Notes under the pieces: generated by a model
What the model was told of the DNA's origin: nothing
Seen by the model: the letters and a program-made list of their open reading frames with translations, nothing else
The model's database searches: none
Shown here: positions 26,375 to 34,642 of the stretch, one piece after another
How the letters are laid out: each line of letters opens with the position of its first letter
How positions within the stretch are numbered: the stretch's first letter is position 1
Translations under genes and position numbers: made by a program
Source of the DNA: Pseudomonadota bacterium
Lineage (GTDB): Bacteria; Desulfobacterota; DSM-4660; Desulfatiglandales; Desulfatiglandaceae
Reading direction: 5' to 3'
Assembly: GCA_043809485.1 (NCBI GenBank)
Contig: JBDRPB010000014.1
Coordinates: 1-37,731 of the forward strand
Length of the DNA stretch: 37,731 nucleotides

Positions 26375-27136
26375 TCAATACTCTTTCCATTCACAGTCCA
26401 TATGGGCGCATTTTGATTTTACCCTATCGAGTATTTCATCTCTCCGGTTTTGAGCCCACTCAGGTAGTTCCGCATTCCATCTTTCAGGAGAAAGAATATG
26501 GATGATTGAAGGTCTTTTGAGCCCCGGAGCAACCTGGAATTCAATGGAGTCTTTTCCCTCCATATACTTGATATATCTAAAAGTGATTAATAGGTCATAT
26601 TTGTCATTGCGTGCCTTTTTCGATTCCTCCTCCGGGGCACTTTGCTTTTTTTTATCAACGAGTTTCTCATCTTTCTTTGGCCGGCTCGGACGACCAGCTA
26701 AAGTTTGTTTCTGATCGATTTGTTTAATCCTCCGCAAATGCCGTCCGCCGTCAAAAGGAGTCTCAAGCCATACCTTTACAATTTCAAGGGCTTCCTTTAG
26801 TGAAATCATCCTCGCGCCAAGTGACAGCATATTTGCATCATTGTGTTTTCGGGCAAACCTGGCTGTTTCAGGGCTCCAACAGAGGGCACATCGAATTCCA
26901 ACGATTCTGTTCGCCACCATGGCTTCGCCGTTTCCTGACCCACCAAGCACGATGCCCCGATCATATTCTCCCTTTGCCACGGCCCTGGCCACTGGGCGGA
27001 CAAAAAGAGGATAATCAACGGAATCGTCAGAATCAGTGCCGAAATCGTGAAACTCATGGCCATTTTTTTTAAGAAATTGCTTGATTTCTTCCTTGTAATG
27101 GTATCCAGCGTGGTCAGAACCAATTGTAATTTTCAT
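26375..27136 (-). CDS. rpiB: Ribose-5-phosphate isomerase B (Glu-type active site) fused to a Lys/Glu-rich linker and an unrecognised C-terminal domain of about 75 aa
   Basis: MKITIGSDHAGYHYK...RGIVLGGSGNGEAMVANRIVGIRCALCW...HNDANMLSLGARM matches the RpiB/LacAB family variant with GGSGNGE in place of the Cys-containing loop. After about 150 aa comes PSRPKKDEKLVDKKKQSAPEEESKKARN and then KYDLLITFRYIKYMEGKDSIEFQVAPGL...CEWKEY. GGAGGGAG SD before ATG 27136. Confidence 0.8.
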   Translation of the reverse strand: MKITIGSDHAGYHYKEEIKQFLKKNGHEFHDFGTDSDDSVDYPLFVRPVARAVAKGEYDRGIVLGGSGNGEAMVANRIVGIRCALCWSPETARFARKHNDANMLSLGARMISLKEALEIVKVWLETPFDGGRHLRRIKQIDQKQTLAGRPSRPKKDEKLVDKKKQSAPEEESKKARNDKYDLLITFRYIKYMEGKDSIEFQVAPGLKRPSIIHILSPERWNAELPEWAQNRRDEILDRVKSKCAHMDCEWKEY

Positions 27137-27254
27137 AGATCTCCCTCCAGGTAAATATTCTCCTTGCATACAAATCCATACAAGAGTACATTTAATGCTC
27201 CATAGGTATCACCCTTCTTTTTATTTCGCTAACAAAAACATAAGGAAAAGCAAA

Positions 27255-28733
27255 ATGAAAATTCTATTTATCTATCCTGAATTCCCGGACACATTTTGGA
27301 GTTTCAAGCACGCACTTAGGTTTATACACAAAAAGGCCTCGTCTCCACCCCTGGGCCTGCTGACAGTTGCGGCAATGTTGCCGTTAGAGTGGGAAAAACG
27401 CTTAGTGGACCTAAATGTGACAAAACTCACTGACAAAGACATCGCGTGGGCGGATTATGTCTTTTTAAGCGCCATGGCTGTGCAAAGAGAGTCAGTACAT
27501 CAAGTCATTTCAAGGTGCAAAGGGGTAGGCGTCAAAATCGTGGCCGGCGGGCCGCTCTTTACCCAGGAATACGAGGAATTTGGTGATGTCGATCATTTTG
27601 TGCTCAATGAAGCCGAGGTGACCCTGCCACACTTTTTGAAAGACCTGGAGCAGGGGCACGCCGGCCGGATATACTCCACATCCGAGTTTCCTGACATAAA
27701 GAAGACCCCGATACCCCAGTGGGAGCTGATTGCTCTAAAAAAATACGCTTCAATGAGCATTCAATTCTCCCGGGGCTGTCCTTTCAATTGCGAGTTCTGT
27801 AACGTCACCGCACTGCTTGGTCACAGGCCGCGAATAAAAAGCGCCGAGCAGATCATTTCCGAGCTGGATGCTCTTTATGACCGTGGGTGGCGTGGGGGTG
27901 TTTTCTTCGTGGACGACAACTTCATTGGGAACAAGAAGGGCCTCAAGAACGAGTTGTTACCGGCACTCATCGAGTGGCAGAAAACCAAAAAAGGTATAAC
28001 ATTTAATACTGAGGCCTCCATCAATCTGGTCGATGATAAGCCATTAATGAACTTGATGGTCGCAGCAGGATTTGATCAGGTCTTTATCGGCATTGAGACG
28101 CCGGATGAGAGAAGCCTTACCGAATGCAACAAAAGTCAAAATAAGAACCGCAACCTGGTTGAAGACGTGAAAAACATACAGCGAGCCGGTTTGCAGGTCC
28201 AGGGAGGCTTTATCGTGGGATTTGACAACGATACGCCTTCTATTTTCCAGCGGCAGATTGATTTTATCCAGAAAAGCGGGATCGTAACGGCTATGGTCGG
28301 GCTGCTTCAAGCTCCCCTTGGCACACGGCTGTATGAACGCCTGAAACAAGAGGGCCGCCTGCGCGGTCCATTAACGGGAGACAACGTAGACGGCACAACC
28401 AACATTATTCCGATAATGAACCTCGATACACTGCGCGAAGGATACAAAGATATTCTGGCAAATATTTATTCACCCGAGCACTACTATAAGCGCCTTAAGA
28501 CCTTTTTACGCGAATATAAGGCGCCGACGATCAAGACATCACTGGATTTTCAGCGCTTTCTGGCGTTCTTTCGTTCCGCTTACCATCTTGGCATCATTGG
28601 CAAGGAGCGATTCCATTATTGGAAGCTCTTGATATGGACGCGTTTTCGCCGCCCTAAGTTAATGCCGCTGGCTATCACACTTGCGATTTATGGACATCAT
28701 TTCCGTAAGGTCTATGAGCAGCACCTCCTTTAA
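27255..28733 (+). CDS. B12-binding domain-containing radical SAM protein (DUF4070-type C-terminus)
   Basis: N-terminus MKILFIYPEFPDTFWSF...PPLGLLTVAAMLP (B12-binding-like Rossmann), radical-SAM cluster FSRGCPFNCEFCNV, long C-terminal extension. Start moved to ATG 27255. Confidence 0.85.
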   Translation: MKILFIYPEFPDTFWSFKHALRFIHKKASSPPLGLLTVAAMLPLEWEKRLVDLNVTKLTDKDIAWADYVFLSAMAVQRESVHQVISRCKGVGVKIVAGGPLFTQEYEEFGDVDHFVLNEAEVTLPHFLKDLEQGHAGRIYSTSEFPDIKKTPIPQWELIALKKYASMSIQFSRGCPFNCEFCNVTALLGHRPRIKSAEQIISELDALYDRGWRGGVFFVDDNFIGNKKGLKNELLPALIEWQKTKKGITFNTEASINLVDDKPLMNLMVAAGFDQVFIGIETPDERSLTECNKSQNKNRNLVEDVKNIQRAGLQVQGGFIVGFDNDTPSIFQRQIDFIQKSGIVTAMVGLLQAPLGTRLYERLKQEGRLRGPLTGDNVDGTTNIIPIMNLDTLREGYKDILANIYSPEHYYKRLKTFLREYKAPTIKTSLDFQRFLAFFRSAYHLGIIGKERFHYWKLLIWTRFRRPKLMPLAITLAIYGHHFRKVYEQHLL

Positions 28734-28749
28734 TCAGATTCAGAAATCC

Positions 28750-29907
28750 ATGGCCAAACGATACAAGAATCTCGAGACCAAACTCATCCACGCCGGTGAA
28801 CCGGAACCACTTATTTGCGGGGCTGTCAGTATGCCCGTTTTTCAGTCTTCCACATTTGAATACACGGGTGCTTCCAGCTACAATGACCTCAAATACATTC
28901 GTTTGAACAATACCCCCAACCACGTAGCCCTCCATCAAAAGTTGGCAGCACTCGAAAATGCTGAGGCTGCGCTTGTAACGGCCAGCGGAATGGCGGCAAT
29001 TTCAGCGACCATCTTAACTTTGTTCTCCTCCGGGGACCATTTGCTTGCACAAGAATGCCTGTATGGCGGGACGCATGATTTCTTTACCAAAGATCTTCCG
29101 AAATTGGGAATTTCGTTTGATTTTATCAACGGTGATGATCCGGATTCCTGGAAGGGCAAAATACGACCCGGCACCAAAGCCATCTATGTGGAAACCATGA
29201 CCAATCCGCTGCTCCAGGTTGCCAATCTAAAGGAAGCGGCTGAATTCGCAAAGGCCCATGGCATCGTCTCCATTATAGACAACACCTTTGCAACCCCTAT
29301 CAATTTCCGGCCCCCTGAATGGGGCTTTGACCTTTCGCTCCATAGTTGCACGAAATATCTAAATGGCCATTCCGATATTGTGGCAGGGGCTGTAATTGGC
29401 CGTACTGATTTGATCGAGCAGATCACGCACAAGCTCAATCACCTGGGAGGCTCGCTCGATCCCCACGCATGTTTCCTGCTGCACCGGGGCATGAAAACCC
29501 TGGCGGTCAGGATGAAATATCATAATGAGAGTGCGCTCAAGATTGCACAATTTTTAGAAGCCTATCCTGCAGTTACTAAAGTGAATTATCCTGGTCTTGA
29601 AAGCCATCCTGCACATCAGCGGGCTAAGGAATTATTTGATGGTTTCAGCGGCATGTTGAGTTTTGAACTAAAAGGTGGTGTTGATGCGGCCGAGCATTTT
29701 ATGGAAAAAATCACCCTGCCAATTGTTGCGCCCAGTCTCGGCGGCGTCGAAACGCTCATTACCCGGCCGGTCACTACGTCTCACTCCAGTGTCTCCCCTG
29801 AAGACCTAAAAAAGCTGGGAATTTCAGACAGCCTCATCCGCTTATCGGTTGGCATAGAAGCCACCGAGGATCTCATTGAGGATTTTGAACAGGCATTGAA
29901 GGAATAG
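28750..29907 (+). CDS. PLP-dependent trans-sulfuration enzyme (cystathionine gamma-synthase / beta-lyase / methionine gamma-lyase family)
   Basis: LETKLIHAGEPEP..., SGMAAI, IDNTFATP, PLP-lysine motif HSCTKYLNGHSD, C-terminal IRLSVGIE. Start set at ATG 28750 (MAKRYKNLE). Confidence 0.9.
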   Translation: MAKRYKNLETKLIHAGEPEPLICGAVSMPVFQSSTFEYTGASSYNDLKYIRLNNTPNHVALHQKLAALENAEAALVTASGMAAISATILTLFSSGDHLLAQECLYGGTHDFFTKDLPKLGISFDFINGDDPDSWKGKIRPGTKAIYVETMTNPLLQVANLKEAAEFAKAHGIVSIIDNTFATPINFRPPEWGFDLSLHSCTKYLNGHSDIVAGAVIGRTDLIEQITHKLNHLGGSLDPHACFLLHRGMKTLAVRMKYHNESALKIAQFLEAYPAVTKVNYPGLESHPAHQRAKELFDGFSGMLSFELKGGVDAAEHFMEKITLPIVAPSLGGVETLITRPVTTSHSSVSPEDLKKLGISDSLIRLSVGIEATEDLIEDFEQALKE

Positions 29908-29927
29908 CTGAAGGGGACCTCATCCTG

Positions 29928-32084
29928 TCAGATCTTCTCCAGAGTAGTGTACTCCAGGTGCAGGAGTTTACGGCCCGCGTTCCTGAAAAACACTTCCACT
30001 TTATCATTGGAGACAAACTTTGACACAACGCCGGGGCCAAAGGCCGGATGTCTGACCCTGTCACCCTGGGAAAATCCTGTCGATTCCCGTTGATCCAGGT
30101 GATTGTCAAATGAATCCTTTTCGTATAACTGGCGACCGAAAGATATTTTCCGGATTCCCGCTGATTCGCGGGATGCCACGTCTTCGGGGAGATCTTTAAT
30201 AAAGGAGGAAAGCCCGTTTCGATAGCCGATGTCTGAAAGCTGCCACACAGGCACCGACTCTTGTCCAGGATAACACATAATCAACTGGTCCTTAGCCCGT
30301 GTGGCTGCAACGTACATCAGGCGCCGTTCTTCTTCTAAACTTAGGGGATCGCTATATGCCCTTGCAGGGGGAAAACGTCCCTCCATGACCCAGATAATAA
30401 AAACAACCGGCCATTCAAGTCCTTTAGCCGAATGGACCGTAGACAGAGTGAGCGTCTCAGCCTTTTCCCCGGAGTCGAGGTCCACAGAACTTGTTGGGGG
30501 CTCCAAAACCAGGTCGTCCAGAAAGCCCCTGAGCTTTTTGTAGCGGCTGGCCATTGGGATCAGCTGTTCCAGTTCTTTCTGGCGCCTTGGATAGTCATCG
30601 AATCTCTCCTTTAAGATAGGCACATAATACTCCATAACCTGTTCGACTGCCTTTTCTGGCTTCCCGTTTTTGCGCACCAGGTGTGCGATAAGCTTGGTGA
30701 GCACTTTCAAACCGCGGTCCACTTTACGTGCCCCAGGCCATTCCCCGACCCGCTCAGGAGGAATTTCATGTGCTTTCATCCACTGAATAATTGCGTTGCT
30801 TTTCCCCGGCCCCACGTTCTTTATAAGCCTCAGTATACGAACCCAGCTTACAGCCTCATCCCTGTTTACCACCACCCTGAGATGCGCCAGAAAATCCTTG
30901 ATATGGGCAGACTCTAAAAACTTGAAGCCCCCGTATTTCACGTAACGTACTCCCTGGCGGGTAAGCTCTGCTTCCAGCTCAAAGGAATGATAACCGGCCC
31001 GGAAGAGAACAGCAAAATCAGTGATGGACTGGCCCTTTTTCACCTGCTCTTTGATATACCGACAAACGAACATGGCCTGTTCCGGCTCACTTCTCGTATC
31101 AACAACCCTGGGTTTTTCACCCCCTTTTCGTTCAGTAAAGAGGCACTTTGTATATTTTTCATTGGCATGATCCATTAAGGCATTGGTCAATGTAAGAATA
31201 GGCTGTACAGACCGGTAGTTTTCCTCCAGCTTGATAAGTTTGGTGTCGGGGAACTGTACCGGGAAATCGAACATATTGCGATAACTGGCCCCTCTAAAGG
31301 AATAGATGGCCTGGGAATCGTCGCCCACCACCATAATATTTCTGTGTTCATGAGCCAGCCATTTAACTATATCCGCCTGGATGCCATTGGTATCCTGATA
31401 CTCATCCACCATGACATAGCGGTATTGCTGGCTAAGGCTTTTTCGGACTTCTTCCCTTTCCGTCAAAAGCCTTCGGAAATACAGGATTAGATCATCATAA
31501 TCCATCATTTGATGGGTTTTTTTGTAGTCACCATAAAGCCTTTCCAATATTTCAACCTGCGGTAGAAATTCCAGGAATTGCCCGTATTCTTCCGGCATAA
31601 ACTCATCAATAGGTTTTCGGAGGTTGGCAGCTTTGCTCAAAATGTTGGCAAGCGTCCCCCTTTTCGGAAATCTGGGTATACCTTTGGGTATTCCGAGCTC
31701 AGGGATGAGGGACCGGATGACTTCCTCCATATCGGGCCGGTCCAGGATAGTGAATGAGTTTGAAAATCCCAGGAGATCTGCATGGGTCCTCAACACCCTG
31801 TTGGCAAGGGCGTGAAAAGTGCCACCGGAAACAAACCTGCACCTTGAATCTGAAAGACCGGCCGCCCTTTCCAGCATTTCCTGGGAGGCCTTTCTGGTAA
31901 ATGTAAGAAGCAATATAGCCTCAGGAGGTACGCCTGTCTCCACAAGCCGGGCCACCCGATAGACCAGGGTTCGGGTCTTGCCACTCCCGGCACCGGCAAT
32001 GACCAGAATTGGGCCATCAAGGGTCATGACTGCCTCCAACTGGGCCGGATTCAAGACTGTTTTATAATCGATTTTATTTGCCAT
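29928..32084 (-). CDS. UvrD/PcrA/Rep family ATP-dependent DNA helicase
   Basis: LNPAQLEAV...VIAGAGSGKTRTLVYR (motifs Q and I), MVDEYQDTN (II), VVGDDSQAIYSFRGA (III), TVHSAKGLEW (V), VAATRAK (VI), and a C-terminal GDRVRHPAFGPGVV tail domain. Start moved to ATG 32084, which avoids overlapping the upstream gene. Confidence 0.9.
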   Translation of the reverse strand: MANKIDYKTVLNPAQLEAVMTLDGPILVIAGAGSGKTRTLVYRVARLVETGVPPEAILLLTFTRKASQEMLERAAGLSDSRCRFVSGGTFHALANRVLRTHADLLGFSNSFTILDRPDMEEVIRSLIPELGIPKGIPRFPKRGTLANILSKAANLRKPIDEFMPEEYGQFLEFLPQVEILERLYGDYKKTHQMMDYDDLILYFRRLLTEREEVRKSLSQQYRYVMVDEYQDTNGIQADIVKWLAHEHRNIMVVGDDSQAIYSFRGASYRNMFDFPVQFPDTKLIKLEENYRSVQPILTLTNALMDHANEKYTKCLFTERKGGEKPRVVDTRSEPEQAMFVCRYIKEQVKKGQSITDFAVLFRAGYHSFELEAELTRQGVRYVKYGGFKFLESAHIKDFLAHLRVVVNRDEAVSWVRILRLIKNVGPGKSNAIIQWMKAHEIPPERVGEWPGARKVDRGLKVLTKLIAHLVRKNGKPEKAVEQVMEYYVPILKERFDDYPRRQKELEQLIPMASRYKKLRGFLDDLVLEPPTSSVDLDSGEKAETLTLSTVHSAKGLEWPVVFIIWVMEGRFPPARAYSDPLSLEEERRLMYVAATRAKDQLIMCYPGQESVPVWQLSDIGYRNGLSSFIKDLPEDVASRESAGIRKISFGRQLYEKDSFDNHLDQRESTGFSQGDRVRHPAFGPGVVSKFVSNDKVEVFFRNAGRKLLHLEYTTLEKI

Positions 32085-32103
32085 AACAGATCTAACCAAC
32101 CCT

Positions 32104-32925
32104 TCAACGGAAAAACAGGACCAGGCCAATCACGACCACAATCCCCAGGAGAAAAATAATGGCCACTGGGATCAAAAACGCCACAATGACCCTTAAATAA
32201 GACATTCGGTGAATGTGTCGCAGCCCTATGATCTGAACAACAAGCTGCCAGATCCAGCCTATTGTACCGCCAACAAAGGGGATTAAACTCCATACCTGGG
32301 TGGCCTGGGAGTAGGACACCACCCTCAAAGTAGCTTCATACCCGTTTTCGCCGCCTCTGACAATGAGCAATAACAGATGCGTAATACCGCTCGAAACGAA
32401 TATCCAGGCTACCCATAAAATAGGGATAATAACCATAATAATGAGCAGAATCACCCCTATTGTAAACTGTCCAAAGATGGATTCACCGTAAGTGAGCACT
32501 AACCCTGACCACATCAACAACTGCCAGAAAAGACCAACCATGGATCCAATGGAACCTACCAGTGTTCCAAAGGCAAGGGGCTCTACGATCCCAGCCTTGA
32601 AAGTTAAGGACCTGAAGAAGATTTCGGGAGAAAAGAGAACCGCTTTAAAGGTCTTATAAATACCTTGCCAGAGGCCAAGTTCTGAACGGTTCTCCCAGGG
32701 CGCCCCATTGCGCGTATATCCCTCTTCAGGCTCCTCTTCCAGCCTCTCAAACTCTGTCTTTCGATCAGTTTCTCTGGTGACCAGGCCAACATCTTTTTCT
32801 ACCAAAGAAAATTCAAATCGCTGATGACAACGAGGGCAGGTCACCCATTTGGCCCCAACAGGGATCTTTTCATTAGGAACTTTTTTTGAGAACTGGCAAT
32901 AAGGGCATATCAATTCTACGCTCAT
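32104..32925 (-). CDS. Membrane protein with an N-terminal CxxC...CxxC zinc ribbon (MJ0042-type) and a Yip1-like multi-TM domain
   Basis: ICPYCQFSKKVPNEKIPVGAKWVTCPRCHQRFEF, then GAPWENRSELGLWQGIYKTFKAVLFSP and about 5 TM segments. The ATG overlaps the stop of the upstream small ORF (ATGA). Confidence 0.75.
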   Translation of the reverse strand: MSVELICPYCQFSKKVPNEKIPVGAKWVTCPRCHQRFEFSLVEKDVGLVTRETDRKTEFERLEEEPEEGYTRNGAPWENRSELGLWQGIYKTFKAVLFSPEIFFRSLTFKAGIVEPLAFGTLVGSIGSMVGLFWQLLMWSGLVLTYGESIFGQFTIGVILLIIMVIIPILWVAWIFVSSGITHLLLLIVRGGENGYEATLRVVSYSQATQVWSLIPFVGGTIGWIWQLVVQIIGLRHIHRMSYLRVIVAFLIPVAIIFLLGIVVVIGLVLFFR

Positions 32926-33194
32926 TTTCTCTCCCCTTCCTTCTGTTTTTTGAGCTGAGTGAGCGCTTTTTTTTCAGACCACCGCCTAAGCCACCCAACC
33001 ATTCCATTAGCGGGGGCTCTATCAAGTATCTCACTCCTTAAGCCGATACCTTTTTTCGTCGTCAAGGCCGTTTGCAGGCAGGCCTTTTTATCAGGGCAGG
33101 CAAAACAATTCGGGGGAACTTCTCTCAGCCCCTCCTTTCCCATAGGGAAAACCCTATCAAGATCACCAAAACAATCCTTTTGAGAGCCTGGCAT
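32922..33194 (-). CDS. Small Cys-containing hypothetical protein (90 aa), basic C-terminus
   Basis: MPGSQKDCFGDLDRVFPMGKEGLREVPPNCFACPDKKACLQTAL... Translationally coupled (4-nt ATGA overlap) to the zinc-ribbon/Yip1 gene. No family recognised. Confidence 0.55.
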   Translation of the reverse strand: MPGSQKDCFGDLDRVFPMGKEGLREVPPNCFACPDKKACLQTALTTKKGIGLRSEILDRAPANGMVGWLRRWSEKKALTQLKKQKEGERK

Positions 33195-33281
33195 ACAATA
33201 TTTCCTGATTTACTGGATAACTACAATTACGAATTGATCCGCTTATACAATATTCGGGCACTTCAATAAAGCCCAAATTCA

Positions 33282-33310
33282 TTGACATTGCAACCATGAC
33301 TATCTATGAT
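33282..33310 (+). promoter_or_regulatory. Near-consensus sigma70 promoter TTGACA-N17-TATGAT
   Basis: Perfect -35 at 33282-33287, a 17-nt spacer, and a 5/6 -10 at 33305-33310. The downstream ATG is at 33319, only 8 nt after the -10, with no SD. Confidence 0.5.
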
Positions 33311-33318
33311 CTGCCGTC

Positions 33319-33921
33319 ATGAAACGGATGAACAGGATTTATCTTATCAGGCACGGCCAGATAAACGGGTATGAAAATTTTCCAATCTTTGGACATACAG
33401 ATGTGGACTTGACCGAGACAGGGATACTGCAGATGGAGCAAATGGCCGAGCGCCTTCGCCTGGTGGAGGTTAAGGCCATTTACTCGAGCGATCTTAAGAG
33501 ATCGGCAACCGGGGCACGCCTGATAGCCCGGTCTCACGACGTCCCTGTCTATTTTCTCCCTGAACTACGGGAGATGTATTTCGGCGACTGGGAAGGCCTG
33601 ACCCTGTCACAAATCCGGAAGCGCTTCCCTGAAGAACTGCAAAAACGCCAGGCAGACCTGGTGCAATACGAGATTCCCGGAGACGGGGAATCCATTGGAC
33701 GTTTCTCCGAGAGGATCCTGCACTGTTTTGAGCGCATCCTCGCGGAGCAAAAGGATAACGATTTTGTCATAGTCGCTCACGGTGGCGTAAACCGTGTCAT
33801 TCTTTGTAAGGCACTCGGCTTGGATCTCTCACGGTTATTCAACATACACCAGGATTATGGGTGCCTTAACATTATTGACTACTTTCCGGATTCCACATTG
33901 GTTCGGTTGGTAAACGGGTGA
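33319..33921 (+). CDS. Histidine phosphatase family protein (phosphoglycerate mutase / alpha-ribazole phosphatase-like)
   Basis: RIYLIRHGQ (catalytic RHG), SSDLKRS, FVIVAHGGV. 200 aa. The second ATG at 33328 is an alternative start. Confidence 0.8.
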   Translation: MKRMNRIYLIRHGQINGYENFPIFGHTDVDLTETGILQMEQMAERLRLVEVKAIYSSDLKRSATGARLIARSHDVPVYFLPELREMYFGDWEGLTLSQIRKRFPEELQKRQADLVQYEIPGDGESIGRFSERILHCFERILAEQKDNDFVIVAHGGVNRVILCKALGLDLSRLFNIHQDYGCLNIIDYFPDSTLVRLVNG

Positions 33922-33960
33922 GTGAAATATTTGTGAATACAATAAATTAGGAGGGTTAAA

Positions 33961-34521
33961 ATGAAAACGATCTATGTAAAAGACTTGATGGTACCTCTTG
34001 ATGAATATGCAACCGTCTCGGAAGAGGCTACCCTGTTCGAGGCAGTCGTAGCCCTTGAGAAGGCTCAAGAAAAACTTGATCGAAGCCGGTTTAAATACCT
34101 GCATAGGGCGATATTAGTATACGATAAAAACAATAATATTGTGGGTAAGATAAGCCAGTTGGATGTGCTGAGGGCCCTGGAGCCGAAATACGGAGAAATG
34201 GGGGATCAGAAATCAATAGCCCGTTTCGGTTTCAGTCAAAAATTTTTACAGTCCTTGCACGAACAATTCAGTCTTCTTGACAGACCCTTTGATGAAGCCT
34301 GCAGAAAAGCAGCCCAGGTAAAGGTGAAAAAATTCATGTATTCACCCTCTGAAGGCGAATACGTCGAAGAAGATGCCACTCTCGATGTTGCCATACACCG
34401 CCTCGTCATGGGTCACCATCAATCTTTGCTTGTCACCAGAGGTAAAAAAATTGTGGGAATATTAAAGCTCACTGATGTATTTGCCGAAATCTTTCAGACC
34501 ATGAAGGGCTGCGAACTTTAA
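33961..34521 (+). CDS. CBS domain-containing protein
   Basis: Two CBS-like modules (VKDLMVPLDEYATVSEEATLFEAV... and VKKFMYSPSEGEYVEEDATLDVAIHRLVMGHHQSLLVTRGKKIVGILKLTDV). AGGAGGG SD. Confidence 0.8.
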   Translation: MKTIYVKDLMVPLDEYATVSEEATLFEAVVALEKAQEKLDRSRFKYLHRAILVYDKNNNIVGKISQLDVLRALEPKYGEMGDQKSIARFGFSQKFLQSLHEQFSLLDRPFDEACRKAAQVKVKKFMYSPSEGEYVEEDATLDVAIHRLVMGHHQSLLVTRGKKIVGILKLTDVFAEIFQTMKGCEL

Positions 34522-34580
34522 GGGGGGAGGGGCAGGATGGCTTAGGGCAGAAACACCAAGCCTCAATATTGGCTCATAAT

Positions 34581-34608
34581 TTTACCGCCATCGGCGGTAA
34601 AGAATTTT
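34581..34608 (+). terminator. Putative intrinsic terminator after the CBS gene
   Basis: Perfect 9-bp stem tttaccgcc / ggcggtaaa with a 3-nt loop, followed by gaatttt. Confidence 0.45.
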
Positions 34609-34642
34609 CGACACATTAGTTAAAGCAACAGGAGAAGGTTTT

